Source: Raja brachyura
Taxonomy: Eukaryota
Assembly (NCBI GenBank): GCA_963514005.1
Contig: OY740810.1
Coordinates: forward strand, 23,684,001 to 23,748,000
Direction: 5' to 3'
Length of the DNA: 64,000 nt
The notes under the pieces were generated by a model that was given only the letters and a program-made list of their open reading frames with translations, searched no databases and was not told where the DNA came from. How positions within the stretch are numbered: the stretch's first letter is position 1; each line of letters begins with the position of its first letter. Of this stretch, positions 39,201 through 52,433 are shown piece by piece. The position numbers and the translations under genes were made by a program.

Positions 39201-39568
39201 GGATAGTCACAAGATGTGTAAACGTTTCAGTCATTCGCTATGACAAATTGATCACTGGTTCCCTCAACCTTGAAGCACATCACAGAACTTTTTTCTTTTT
39301 TTTTTAAATGTCTTGGGGGAGAACATCTGCTGGCCTGTGTGGCTCCAGACCACCACCAGAACAAGAGTGTAGTGGTCATTGTTGGTCATACCAATCGTTC
39401 TTATCGTTAGGTTGTTAATCAAATTAAAATTCCACAAAGGTAGGATTTGAAGTCTGTTGCTAGTCCAGGCTTCTGGAATATTAGTCCACAGATTCCCCAG
39501 GAGAATCTGTGATGAAAGTTGCTTCTGTCGGTAGAGTTACTCATCTCTTTTTTTGTGCGTGTTCACAG

Positions 39569-39689
39569 GGAAGAAAGGGTGACATCAAATTTCCCACAGT
39601 ACCATTCGGGTCACGTTCACCTGCACCGATACCAGTTGGTACCACCCAGGCTACACCTGGTCTCTATGGCACCACCTTCTGTTCCGATG
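39569..39689 (+). CDS. Arkadia-like coding exon 9 (EERVTSNFPQYHSGHVHLHRYQLVPPRLHLVSMAPPSVPM)
   Basis: CAG acceptor, GTAAGA donor; HL..Y..PPRLH motif shared with RNF111/RNF165. Confidence 0.88.
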
Positions 39690-42600
39690 GTAAGATATAA
39701 AAACCCTGAAGGTGGTATTTATCTTTACTGTGTGTTTAATTTGAATTTTGCACATGACAACTTCGTCAAACCTTTTAAAATAGGTTTGTTTTAATGCTAA
39801 TACACATTATCTTCTCTCAATTCAGTGTCTCATGATTTGGCATCTGACTACTTTTTGAAAAAATGGTTTGCATTGCTTTTGAAATTTTGTGTAACAGCGA
39901 TGGATAACTGGAGATGTATGTAACGAGCCTGTTGGATAAGTCCGAAAAACACATTCTTGGATGCCTAAGAGAAGGAGAATTTCATGCATCTTGCAGTTGG
40001 TCAAATCCATGTCTCTTACCCAGCAGTAAATCACACAATCTCATACCCCTGGAGTTGGTCTAATTCTAATGATATTATTTGCTAGGAGTTGGTCAGAATT
40101 GCAGAAACTCTGCACTGGGGAATGTGTGAATTCGTAAAGAGCAGTAACTTGCTTTTCAATTTGGAATATTGACTGGGGGAGGGGGGGGGGATGGGGAGAA
40201 GTGGATCTCTTGGTTTGGACCTAATATGTGAGGTGGTGGATTGGATATTGAAGTCATATTTCAGTTTTGAGGTTGATGGATTTGGACCTGCACTGAGGGA
40301 TGTGAGGTTGTGTGATCCTAATATTTATAATAGCTTCATCAATGGAGAATTTTAGTTTTAAGGATATTGAATCAGGTGTGAGCTGTACAACTCGTAGAGC
40401 CTCCTCCACATTGAAATAGATCATTGGATCTTGCTCCTTAGCATAATTTTCATGCCCTATCTCCATATCCCTTAATTATTGTAACTCTGACTCTGCTTTG
40501 AGTGGTGAATGCTCAAGCTTCCATTTCGTTAGGAAATTACAAAGATTCATCACCCTCTGAATGTAGAAGTTTCTTCTTTCAAACTGTGCCTTGGGTCCTT
40601 TACTCTTTAATTAGGGGCCACCTCCTTCCTGCAAACGTCAAGCCTCAAATATTTTTTTTACCGGTTCTTCAATCTCTCTGTGGCAATAGTCCATTATTTA
40701 GAGAAGGAGACCAAAATCTTATCAAGTATTTCTGATATTACCTGGGCCCCACATATAGAATCACTGAATCATAGAGCACAGAGACAGATTAGGCCTCTAA
40801 ACCTTTCCTCTTCATAAACAAGTCTAAACACCTAATTGTATCTGCTCCACCCATCTCCTCTGGCAGCTTATTCCAGATAACCACTTTGGATAAGTTTATG
40901 AAAAACCTGCTCCTCAGATCTACTTTAAATTTCTCCCTTTTCACTTTAAGCCTGCCTGCTAGTTCCAGACTCCCCTGTTCTGGGATGAAAGATTGGGGTC
41001 ATCGATGCCCCTTGTAATTTTATAAACTTGTGAGGTCACCCTACGAGCCTCCTACGTTCCAGTGAGAATAAGTATTTCCAATCACTCCTTGTAACTTTAG
41101 CCCCCCATTCCAGGCAACATCTTGGTGAGTCTTTGAGTGACTTGCATTAAAGGACATCCAGCTTCCGTTGAAATCGATATTACCCAAACTGCCATAATCA
41201 AACCTGCAGACGAGGGTGATCTGCGGACCCTACCTCAACCTGACAGCTTTTGGATACCCCTGGACAGCGATCCCAACAACGATCACCATCAAAATCCTCC
41301 CAAAAAGCCCCAACACACCACATTTAATTGTTCCCCATGAGATGCGTCCTCAGAATTATGGCAGTACATTAGTCAAATGTGATTTCCCTTCCGTAAATTC
41401 ATGTTGACTATTTTCCAAGAATCTTGATACAATATCCTTTATTATAGGTTCTAGCATTTTCCCATTTGCCGATGTCAGAGCTAACAGGTCAGTAGTTTCC
41501 TCTCTTTTCTCTCCCTCCTTTCTTAAAACAGGGTTTTAGAGTAAGAATCCTCCAACAATATTTAGCCAGGCTGGGGACGGGCTAACAGCCGTCACCCAAT
41601 CATTGGTCTTAAACATTATTATCGGTAGTATCCCCTTTCAATAAAACTTTGTGAACCATACAAAATAGCTCTTCAATCCACTATATCCATTTTGACCACC
41701 AAGTAACTGTTCATACCTTTCCAGCACTTGGTCCCTAGCCTTCAATGTCTTCTTGTTTCAAGTGCTGACCAAAATACTTCAAATGCCATAGGTTTACCTG
41801 CCTCTACCTACCACATGTATTACATTTCACATTTCAACCACTCTCTGGGTCATAGTGTCAAACAGCACAGAAATAGGCCCTTCGGCACAACACCACACAA
41901 TGCTTTTGTCTAGAAGATTCCGTAGGTCACTTCAGAAACGGGCCTTTCACCCCATCATGTCTGTGCTGATCAAGATGTCCATGTATTCTAGTTCTATTTG
42001 CCTGCATTTCACCAATATCCCTCGGGGTGAAAAAATATAATCTGCCATTTGCTCAGCTTGTCTTGCAACCTGATCGACCAAACCAGATTTATTTGGAGAA
42101 AACACTTGTGTTAGCCAGATTGGATTTTCCTCCGATGACAATCCTAGATTAATTCTTGCTTTTTCCCCCTAGAGCAGATTAATCTCGTGCTCATTTCTTT
42201 TCCAACTCGCCGGTCAGTAAGTGCCTGGTTTATTCCTGTGTCCCTCTTATTAAGGTAATTTGCTGCCTTCCAATCATTTGGTGCCTCGCCTGTGACCAGA
42301 GATCAGAGCCGCAGGCATTGGGGATTTACCCACCTTCATGTGCACCTCATTTTTAATATGATCTATTCTTAAATTCCACCCTAAATTTCTCCAGCTCCAA
42401 ATTCTATCATTTAGTATCATTTTCGGGAGGTCGAGAGGAAGAGTGAGCAGCCAGTGGTCATTGTACACATTGGTACCAGTGCCTATTTCCTTCGCTCCAT
42501 AGATGCTGCTGCACCCGCTGAGTGTCTCCAGCACCTTTGTCTACCTTCGATTTTCCAGCATCTGCAGTTCCTTCTTAAACAAATGATTAATATCTATTAT

Positions 42601-44461
42601 ATCATCTATGTCCTTCAGCTGCTATTGGGTACTATCACAAAGTTTAAGAAACATTTGGACAGGTACATGGATAGGATAGGTTTGGAGGAATATGAGCCAA
42701 ATGCAGGCAGGTGGGACCAGTGCAGATGGGGCATGTTGGTCGGCGTTGGGCAGAAGGATCTGATTCCACACTATGACTCTATGAACTCCATGTACAGATT
42801 GGTCCTTATTCTTTTCCTAGTTACCCTCTTGCTTTTAATATATTAATAAACTACTTTGAGATTTAAAGAGAAAAAAAATTTCTGCAGGTTATATTCACCC
42901 TTCCAGTTATCTTTTTAAAAACCCCTACACTTCCTATACCACTGCCTCTTCTATTCTCACTTCTCTGCACCTGCCATACACTTTTTTCCAACTCCTCTCT
43001 TTGCTTGACATCCAGACTCCTACGGTATTATTGACCTTGCCTTTCCCACCTCTGAGCCCTGAATTCTCACGATTTCACTGGTAATATTCCCAGTCTCTTG
43101 TTGTCCTTGACCTTCAAGCAGCAGAGTTTTTTGACCAAAAAGATACTTTTAAAGCTAAACTCATGAGGAACTAAAGTTCAAAAAGAAAGTGGGCTCATCT
43201 GTCCACAAAGTCCACACTGACCATCAATCGTCTGAGAGGGAGCTTTGTCATCCAGAGAGTGGGGTGTATCTGGAATACACTGCTGCAGAGAGTGGTGTAA
43301 GCAGAGTCACAGACACCATTTAAGAAGTGCCAAGACAAGCCCTTGAACTGCCGAGTCATAGAAATCTATGTAGCAGGTGTTGGAAGAATTGATTAATATG
43401 GATGGGTGCCCACGGGTCAATATGGATGTGATAGCCTAAAAAGGGCTGTTTACCTGCCGCATGACTCTTATGAAACCCAGTTACACCAACCCTACATTAG
43501 TATCATTTTCCGGAGGTCGAGAGGAAGAGTGAGCAGCCAGTGGTCATTGTACACATTGGTACCAGTGACATTGGTATAGAAAGCGTTGAATGTCAGAAAA
43601 GGCTGATGCACAAGTTTACAGTTATAAAGTCATTTATCTTGGATGGTGATTGGTGACACAGTCCTGGTCAGTGCACTGTCAAAGATGTGATGCCATTTTA
43701 GGGCCTGCAAATGAGATATTACCAGGGCTGGAAACAAAAACATAGGAAAAATAGGTGCAGGTGCTGGCCATTCGGCCCATCGAGCCAGCGCCACCATTCA
43801 ATATGATCATGGCTGATCATCAGTACCCTGTTCCTGCTTTTCCCCATATCCCTTGATTGGACTATATTTGTTTATTTATTGAGTATGTGTGCATGTGTAT
43901 ATACACACACTGAACTTTTTTTCTCCCGTTATGTACTATGTTACTTACATATTCTGTTGTGCTGCAGCAAGCAAGAATTTCATTGTCCTATCTGGGACAC
44001 AGGACAATAAAACACTCTTGACTCTTCATTACTTTAGTCCTAAGAGCTAAATCTAACTGAATCCAACTCAGAATGTAAACTTCTGAGTTCTGGAGAGAAA
44101 TGACTCAACTGGGGGAGTTTTCTTCAGTATAAGGAATCTAATGGGAGATTTTTTATTGTAATGGAAAATGATGATGGTATTAGCTGGGTAAACAAGAGGA
44201 ACCTGTTTCCCTCTGTCAGAAACCAACTTGGTGCGTTTGTTGAAGGATTAGAGGGGAGTTGGTGAATATAATCTTGTCACCCAAAGAACAGTCGTAGTCT
44301 GGATCTTTCTGCTTGAAAGAGTGGTGGTGATCAAAATCCTTCCTGCCTTTAAGATGTACCTCAGCCATAAACTAGAGAGGGCCCAGCTGTAAGCAACTGA
44401 AGTCCCTGTTTTTGGTTAGTGACTGATGGAGGGAGCTGCCTGATCACCTCATTCATAAACT

Positions 44462-45235
44462 TAGAAACATAGAAATATAGAAAATAGGTGCAGGAGTAGG
44501 CCATTCGGCCCTTTGAGCCTGCACCGCCATTCAATATGATCATGGCTGATCATCCAACTCGGTATCCTGTACCTGCCTTCTCTCCATACCCCCTGATCCC
44601 ATTAGCCACAAGGGCCACATCTAACCCCCTCTTAAATATAGCCAACGAACTGGCCTCAACTACCTTCTGTGGCAGAGAATTCCACAGATTCACCACTCTC
44701 TGTGTGAGAAATGATTTTCTCATCTCGGTCCTAAAAGACTTTCCCCTTATCCTTAAACAGTGACCCCTTGTCCTGGACTTCCCCAGCATCGGGAACAATC
44801 TTTCTGCATATAGCCTATCCAACCCCTTAAGAATTTTGTAAGACTCTATGAGATCCCCCCTCAATCTTCTAAATTCCAGCGAGTACAAGCCGAGTCTATC
44901 CAGTCTTTCTTCATATGGAAGTCCTGCCATCCCAGGAATCAGTCTGGTGAATCTTCTCTGTACTCCCGCTATGGCAAGAATGTCTTTCCTCAGATTAGGA
45001 GACCAAAACTGTACGCAATACTCCAGGTGTGGCCTCACCAAGACCCTGTACAACTGCAGTACAACCTCCCTGCTCTTGTACTCAAATCCTTTTGCTATGA
45101 ATGCCAACATACCATTCACTTTCTTCACAGCCTGCTGCACCTGCATGCCTACTTTCAATGACTGGTGTACCATGACACCCAGGTCTCGTTGCATCTCCCC
45201 TTTTCCTAATCGGTCACCATTCAAATAATAGTCTT
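44462..45235 (-). mobile_element. CR1 LINE, 5'-truncated (RT C-terminus plus 3' UTR)
   Basis: ORF 44550..45224 ([36 protein letters not shown]); (TTTCTATR)n tail. Confidence 0.95.
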
Positions 45236-47637
45236 AAATAATATTAAATAATAAAATTTCCTGCATCATTCGAAATACCCAACAGATCTTGTATATCTAC
45301 CTGTTCATCAGAGTTATTTCATTTGTTCAGGTGGTTCACAGAAAGTAGAATTAAAATCATTCCATGCTTCTTGGCGATTTTACACTCAAACGGCTAAAAT
45401 TGATTTGATCTGGGAATGGAAAGCAAGTCTGCAGTCCCTTTCGTTGATGCAGTCTTGCAAGTTCAGAGTTCCCAGGAAGTGCGTTGTTGGAGACATTTTC
45501 TTCAACACTGTGCAGAACCCGGCACTTCAGGCTTTGTTGTCCACACCTGAAGTGTCTGAAGAAATTATCAGTTACCCATCTACTCTAGTTCCAATTACCA
45601 GCACTTGAGCCAAAGCCTGGTATACCTTGTTGGTTCAAATGCTTCTCCAGGTGGCACTTGGGAGATTACCTCTTCCACCACCCTCTTCGGCATGCTTTAT
45701 GATTCCAACCATCCTCTTGGTGATAAACGTCTTCCTGGAAACGCTCTGAACTAAGTCGCCCTTGCCATGAATCGATGTTCTCTAGATTTAAACTTTTCTA
45801 ATAGTAAGGAGAGTTCCCTACTATCCCCGTTAGCTATGCTTCTATGTTTTTATGTGTACCCCATCAGGCGTGTCCATAGCATGGGGTAGAAACAAGCAAC
45901 CGCAGCTGCTAGTCTGGAGTAACTCAGCGGGTCAGTCAGCATCTCTGGAGAACGTGGGTAGGTGACATTTCAGGTTGGTTCAGGATGTTTCAGATCTGAA
46001 AAGGGGTCCCGACCCGAAACGTCCCCATCTGTGTCCTCCAGAGATGCTGCCTGACCTGTTGAATTACGCCAGCAATTTGTGACTTCTTTTCTATCCATTG
46101 CCATTACTTCAAGGAAAACAAACCAATTTATCACTGTCTCCTGATAAGTGAAGCACTTCATCCTATACAATATCCTGGTGAATCTTCTTCCCACCCTTTC
46201 CAGTGCAATTCAATCCATAATTGTACGCAGCACTCCACCCATGTCCCAACAAATGTTTTATAAAGCTGTATTTCTCCTGTATGCCTACACTACCCTATCT
46301 ATCTACATCTGCTGCCACCCTCGGGGTTCATCGGATGGCAAGCACTCTCCCTCTGTTTCTCGCAATGTAGTACCATTCATGATATTGTCCAACATGTATT
46401 GTTCATTCATTGGCCCTTGTTCAGCACATTGATCAATATCCCTTGATTAATATCCTCCTGTAATCTAAGACTATCCTCACTAAGAACAGTGCAATTAGTA
46501 ACTTCAAACTTACTAATCATATCTTCTGCATTCATATTCAAATCTTTAGCGTATATAACAAACAGTAAAGTTCCTAGCTCTGATCAAGCTTCCAATCGCA
46601 AAAACAATCTTCCACCTTTCTTCCTCACAACAACCAATTTTTGATCCAGTTTACTCACTCGTCTTGGTTTCCATGACTTAATCATTTGGACCTGTCTTTC
46701 TCGAGGGACCTTGTCAAGGACCGTACTGAATTCCATTGAACCTCATGAACCTGACTGTCCTGGTTCACCTATTGTGGTAGCATTTCGGAATATTTAGTCA
46801 AATTGCACGGATAGGGTCTCTCTCCCCCAATAAAGTTATGATGATTCACTTTGATTAATCCATGCAATGTACTTTTTCCAATAACTGTCTTATTATTGAT
46901 GTTACCAAGCTTATTCTTGCTGCTCTACCTGAATAAAGGTACCATATTTGCAGCTGGCACCTCCCCTGTAGCCAACAAAGATTTAAAACTCAATCAGGGC
47001 CCTGTCAGTCTCTGATAGATCTCAGCAAGCCCTAGAGATTTATGCATCTTTAAACCCATTAGACATCTCATCTTTAATCAGCAGATTCTATTTTTCGTTG
47101 TTCCCCTCCTTGAATTCTGCAAGCACGATGTCCTTCTCAATGAATATAAATGGGAAGCCTTTGTCCTCTGACTAAATTTAATTTGCCTCCTTGATCCATA
47201 ATAGCCCTACTGTTAATGCTATTAATTAGTCTCAATAGTCAGCCTATGCATATAGATACACCTGGTGGTCACCCATCACAGTCAATAGTCTTGGGGTGAC
47301 CAGCTCACAAACCATGCTAACCACAATTCTTTAGCATAGTGATCTCTCCATAAGGAGTCCATCTGCAGCTCCTGAATGTGCACGATCAAGTAGGTTAGAA
47401 GCAACATCTAGATACTCTTCCTGCATAGTTGATTTAATTCAAGAAAGGTGTATTTTCTCATAGCTGGTTGCATCATAATGAATTGTCTCCATTTTTATCC
47501 AAAGGCTGGTGATGAAAACTGCACTCTGTACCATCCAAGGTCTTTTTAAAATTGTGGATAAATGTTTGATGTGTTTGGATATAATACTGTGAAATCATAG
47601 AGAACTGTGCAGTGACTCTTTGCTTCTGCCACACCAG

Positions 47638-47736
47638 GTAATACCGGACATTTTCATTCACCCGCACCTGCAAGTCTTTCCCCAGCATGGACTGCGAGGG
47701 ATGCAAAGTCACGTCATGGTGCACAGGGGATATCAG
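47638..47736 (+). CDS. Arkadia-like coding exon 10 (VIPDIFIHPHLQVFPQHGLRGMQSHVMVHRGYQ)
   Basis: 99-nt phase 0-0 exon, CAG acceptor, GTAAAG donor; weak similarity to RNF111 VPDMAGYPHI..GL. Confidence 0.72.
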
Positions 47737-47929
47737 GTAAAGACATCTACACAACATGCAGATCATATCGTCAAGCTCTTGGCCTAGAGGTTTAACTCCC
47801 CACCAGAGCTGATTATCTGCCCGCTCGAACCCATAGGCCATTGGATCATTTCCGACAACTCTCTCCTCTTTTCCTTTCACCATCTCCATCTCAGGAGATC
47901 AACTATCCACTGATATTTCCAACAAGCGC

Positions 47930-49420
47930 ACCGACCTGCAGCAATGTGCCTCCTCCCACCCTGATTCTTATAGATGCCATTCCTCTCTTTCAATTACCCC
48001 GTCTCTGCTGCATCTGTTTCTCGAGATGAGACTTTCTACTCCTGAACATCCGAAATGTAATTTTTCAGGAAAAGTAGCTTTCTTCCCCCCCCCCCCCCCC
48101 CCCCCGCCCCCAAACTGTGATTGACCAAGTCAAGTCAAGAGAGTTTATTGTCATGTGTCCCAGTTAGGACAATAAAATTCGTTGCCCTCATCCGTATCAT
48201 TAAATCACGTACTTCTTCACTTGCCTCGCCTCCCTGCAACTGTAGGAGGTGGACCACCTGTCCCTACAAATCAAACCTTCCAGGTGAGGGAGAGATTCAC
48301 CTGACCTTCTCCAACCTCACCTATTGCATTCAGTGCTCTCACTGTGGCCGTCTCCACGTCGATGAGATCAGTCACAATCTAAGCAAAACCAAAAGTCAAA
48401 GTGCTGGAGTAACTCAGTGGGTCAGGCAGCATCCCTGGAAAACATGGTTAGATGATGTTTCGGGTTGGGATCTGTCAAAAGATCACCTACCAGTTGCTCA
48501 AAGGATGCTGCCTGACCCACTGAGTTACTCCAGCATTGTATGTATCTTTTAAAAATCGGCATTTGCAGTTCTTTAATTTTAACCCTAAAATACAAGAATT
48601 TCATTGTCCTATCTGGGACACATGACAATAAACTCTCTTGACTTGACTCTTTGCTTCTGCAGTCTAAGCAACGGCTTTGTCAAGTACACGAGCTCTGTTT
48701 ACAGTGGCCATCTGAATCTCCTGAATGCCAACCATTTTAATTCCCCTTCCCATTCTCACAACGATGCGTCTGTCCAACTCCACTACCGCGAGGCTAAGCA
48801 CAACCCAGATGAGCCACATCTTGTATTCCACCAGAGTAGTCTACTGTATGAACATTGAATTCTCTAATTTCAGGCAAACCATAACTTTGTCCTTTTCTCT
48901 CTCCACCTATCCTAGTACTCTTTCAATCTTCTTGTCATCTCCCCCCAGCCCTCATAATCCTGTTTGTTTTCCCCCTCTCTCTCTCTCATACACTCCTTGT
49001 ACTGGATTCCCTCTTCCCTCCCCCCCCCCATGTGTTCCCACCTGACACCATCTCTCATTCAAATCCATTCTCCACTTTTCGCTCGGGTTCCACAACCTGT
49101 AGCCCTTTATTCTCCATTTACCACCTCCCAGCCTCTGTTACCAACTCAATCCCCACCCAACTTTTACCTGCTAATAAATACCCCCCACATGTGTATCCAC
49201 CTCCCCTCATGTGTATCCACCTATCACTTGTTAGCTCCTCCCCACACCACCCCATTATACTGGCCACTTCCTCTGTACTCTTTCAGTCCAAATGAAGGGA
49301 CTTGACCCTAAACGCCGACCGTTCTTTTCCTTCCACTGATGCTGCCTGACCTGGGTTCCTCCAGCTGCTCTCCCTTTTTCTTTGCCGCAGATTCCTGCAT
49401 CTGCAGTCTCGTGTGCATCT
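47930..49420 (+). mobile_element. Degenerate Penelope-like element with nested short repeats
   Basis: SNLTYCIQCSHCG and ANHFNSPSHSH remnants, followed by the terminal repeat. Confidence 0.7.
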
Positions 49421-49532
49421 TTTTCACCAGCACTGTTTTATTGTTGTCTTAACGCACCAGGTTTGATGAATGCATGATGTGTTGATTGCACAAAGACTGC
49501 AGCTCATGGTTGCCTTTTGTTTCAATCTGCAG

Positions 49533-49628
49533 GACCTACTGCACTTGGAAGATCAATTTAGCGATTTAAACCATGGAGCGACGCAAAACACAATTGAGAG
49601 GTACACTTTCCTGCACAAGTATGAAAAG
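49533..49628 (+). CDS. Arkadia-like coding exon 11 (DLLHLEDQFSDLNHGATQNTIERYTFLHKYEK; NRG-TIER region)
   Basis: 96 nt, CAG acceptor, GTGAGT donor, TIER motif. Confidence 0.93.
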
Positions 49629-49740
49629 GTGAGTTTATCTGTCACAACAGTCTCCGTATTACCACCATAAGTGATTCACTGCTGCCAATTGAATAGTTGT
49701 TTATATTACTGAATTAGAAAATAGGTAGTGAGCAGAGTAA

Positions 49741-50129
49741 AGGGCCTGTCCCACCAGCATGCGATTGCATGCGTCTAGCACGACCAAACGTGGTCGCTTG
49801 AGGCGTACAGCCTCATGGGGCCGGTCCCAATACGAACCGTGGAGGCGTATGGAGTTGTGCGGGGCTGGTCCCGACATCATACTCACCAATCAGCTGGGCA
49901 GGAGGCGGGCCGACTGAATTTGGACGTCGCACTGCGTCGGGCGCTGACGTCATCACGCAACGGACAGTGCAAAATTTTTGGAGCCCTGACCGATGTAGGG
50001 ACCAGCCCTGCACAACTCCATACGCCTCCTCAGATTGAAGTGGGACTGGCCCCGCGAGGCCGTACGCCTCAAGCGACCACGTTTGGTCGTGCTAGACGCA
50101 TGCAATCACATGCTTGTGGGACAGGCCCT
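49741..50129. mobile_element. PIF/Harbinger-type MITE, 389 bp
   Basis: TIRs AGGGCCTGTCCCAC...GTGGGACAGGCCCT extend ~140 bp per arm; TAA target duplication at 49738-49740 and 50130-50132. Confidence 0.88.
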
Positions 50130-50257
50130 TAACTATTTTGTCTCTGGCCTGATCACCTACCCAATGCAGAGTCTCAAAGCACTTATGTGGGAGGCACGGA
50201 AAGGGATACATCCAGGTTTGTCTATATTTCTCGTAACTATATTTAATTGCATTTCAG

Positions 50258-50355
50258 AGGACACTGGAGACAAATGAAGATGGGAAAGAAGCACTGGAGG
50301 TTGAGGAAAAATGTACAATCTGTCTGTCACCATTGGAGGAAGGAGAAGATGTTCG
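50258..50355 (+). CDS. Arkadia-like coding exon 12, RING-H2 first half ([18 protein letters not shown])
   Basis: tttCAG acceptor, GTGAGG donor; [17 protein letters not shown] is the Arkadia RING signature. Confidence 0.95.
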
Positions 50356-51924
50356 GTGAGGAAGCACAGAAGAATTGTAGTTTGTTCAGATTGCCAATAC
50401 GTATGTTGTTTGAATTGGTATCGAATATACCAGGATTGTGGTAAAGGTGCAAAATCTCACGGTTTTATGCAGCTGCAACATGACTTGACGATTTCTATAC
50501 TACACCTCGATCGATGAAGTATACTTTCTTTACCAGTACTTGTGTTGCTATTTTGAGGGAACTCCAGACTTAAATCCCCAAATCTCTCTCAACATCAATG
50601 TTTTTAATAGTCTTGCCATTGACTATATACTTGCCCCTGACATGTGACCTCCTACATTGCAACACTTCACTTGTCAGGATTAAACTCCATCTTCTGTTTT
50701 TCTGCCCATATTTTCAACCAGTCAGAATAATACTCTTCCACCATTACCATCTATCTTCAGTGGGCAAGCCAGTTTTGAATCCAATCTACAAAGTCAGAAG
50801 GGATACTTTTATCTTCTGGCTGATCTACCATGAGAGGGCCATGGCATCTTTCCTATAGCAGAGTGACGAAAACTGAACATAATACTCCCAAGTGTTGCCC
50901 TATGTCTTGTAAACTGTAACATGATGTCAAAAAAATCTATATTCATTTTTCTGATTGATGACTGATTAACTGTGAATTAGGAAGGCAGACAATAGTAATT
51001 GCAAGAAGATTTGAGTTCAAGAGTATTAACATCCTGCTGCAGTTATATATGATCATGGTGAGACCGCACCTGTGATATTGTGCACGGGTCTGGTTTCATA
51101 ATGTATAATTTCATAATTGAATTGAATTGAATTGAATAATCTAAAGGAGTATGTACCTGTGGTAGGAGTGCTGTTCAGTTCACCAATTGATGCTGGGATG
51201 GCAGGGTTTAATGTGCAAGGGGAGAAAGTATCAGAATCAGAATGCCTTTTATTGTCACTATACACATGTACAATGAGATTAAAAGCTGCTCCTACTCAGT
51301 GCAAAAACAAAACAAAAAGGGGGGGGGGAATAAGGTGCACAGTTTCTGCAGCGCTATATACATATCGATAAAAAGACAATGGATAAATAGAATGGATAAT
51401 AGGATTCCTATATCCAGTATGGGTTATTGCACATATTGGAAATTGCAGTTACAGTACAAATTACAGTAGGTGGATAGATGAAAGTCCGGGGGTTAGGCTG
51501 TGAAGTCAATGCATGTGTGAGTTCAGGGAGATAATGGATTTTGGAAAGAAACTGTTCTTGAGTCTATATTCAGAATGAAAGAATGAAGTACAGAATGAAA
51601 GCACCATCCATTTTTTGTTCTAGATTCCAGCATCTGAAGTTTTGTTTTGAAATGCTCAAATTTGGATGAACGAAAGGTGATCTCATTGAAACTTTTTTTA
51701 GGCATAAGTGCAGGAATGATACTTCCCTGGCTGGGAATAAAAGAGGGGAAAAACTGTTGATGCTGGAAATCTAAAATAAGAACACGTGTTGGGGATAGCA
51801 GGTTGGGAAGACAATCGGAGCTGGTCAAAGAAATGTATGTGTAGAAAGCAACTGGTTCATACTGATGATAGACACAAAGTGCTGGAGCAACTCAGCAGGT
51901 CAGGCAACATCTCTGGAGAAAAAA

Positions 51925-51962
51925 GATGTTAACGTTTCAGGTTGAGACCTTTCTTCAGACAG
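51925..51962 (-). ncRNA. Minimal type I hammerhead-ribozyme-like core in a Penelope-derived repeat
   Basis: Minus strand reads GT-CTGAAGA-A-AGGT-CTCA-ACCT-GAAA-CGTT: intact CUGANGA and GAAA boxes, 4-bp stem II, palindromic stem III. Confidence 0.5.
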
Positions 51963-52274
51963 AAATGTATCCTCCGGTTGGGTATTTAAAACCAGGAATT
52001 GAGTTTCCATATGAAGGATGTGTCATTCTGGACAACCTGGAGAGCAGAGGCTGAGTCATTGGATTTTGGGGGTATTAGTTGCAGGAAGGTATTGTGCAGT
52101 GGAATAGGTGCTAGGGTCACACTATTACTTGTGCTTCCATGTCTTATCACAGCACAATGTGATGCATTATCATATACAAATCTCTTTGAGATAAAGCACC
52201 TCCACCCATGATCTGATGACCTATCTTTGATAATGTTTAACCAATAAGATGACACAAATAGCAATGGATATTGA

Positions 52275-52433
<159 letters not shown>

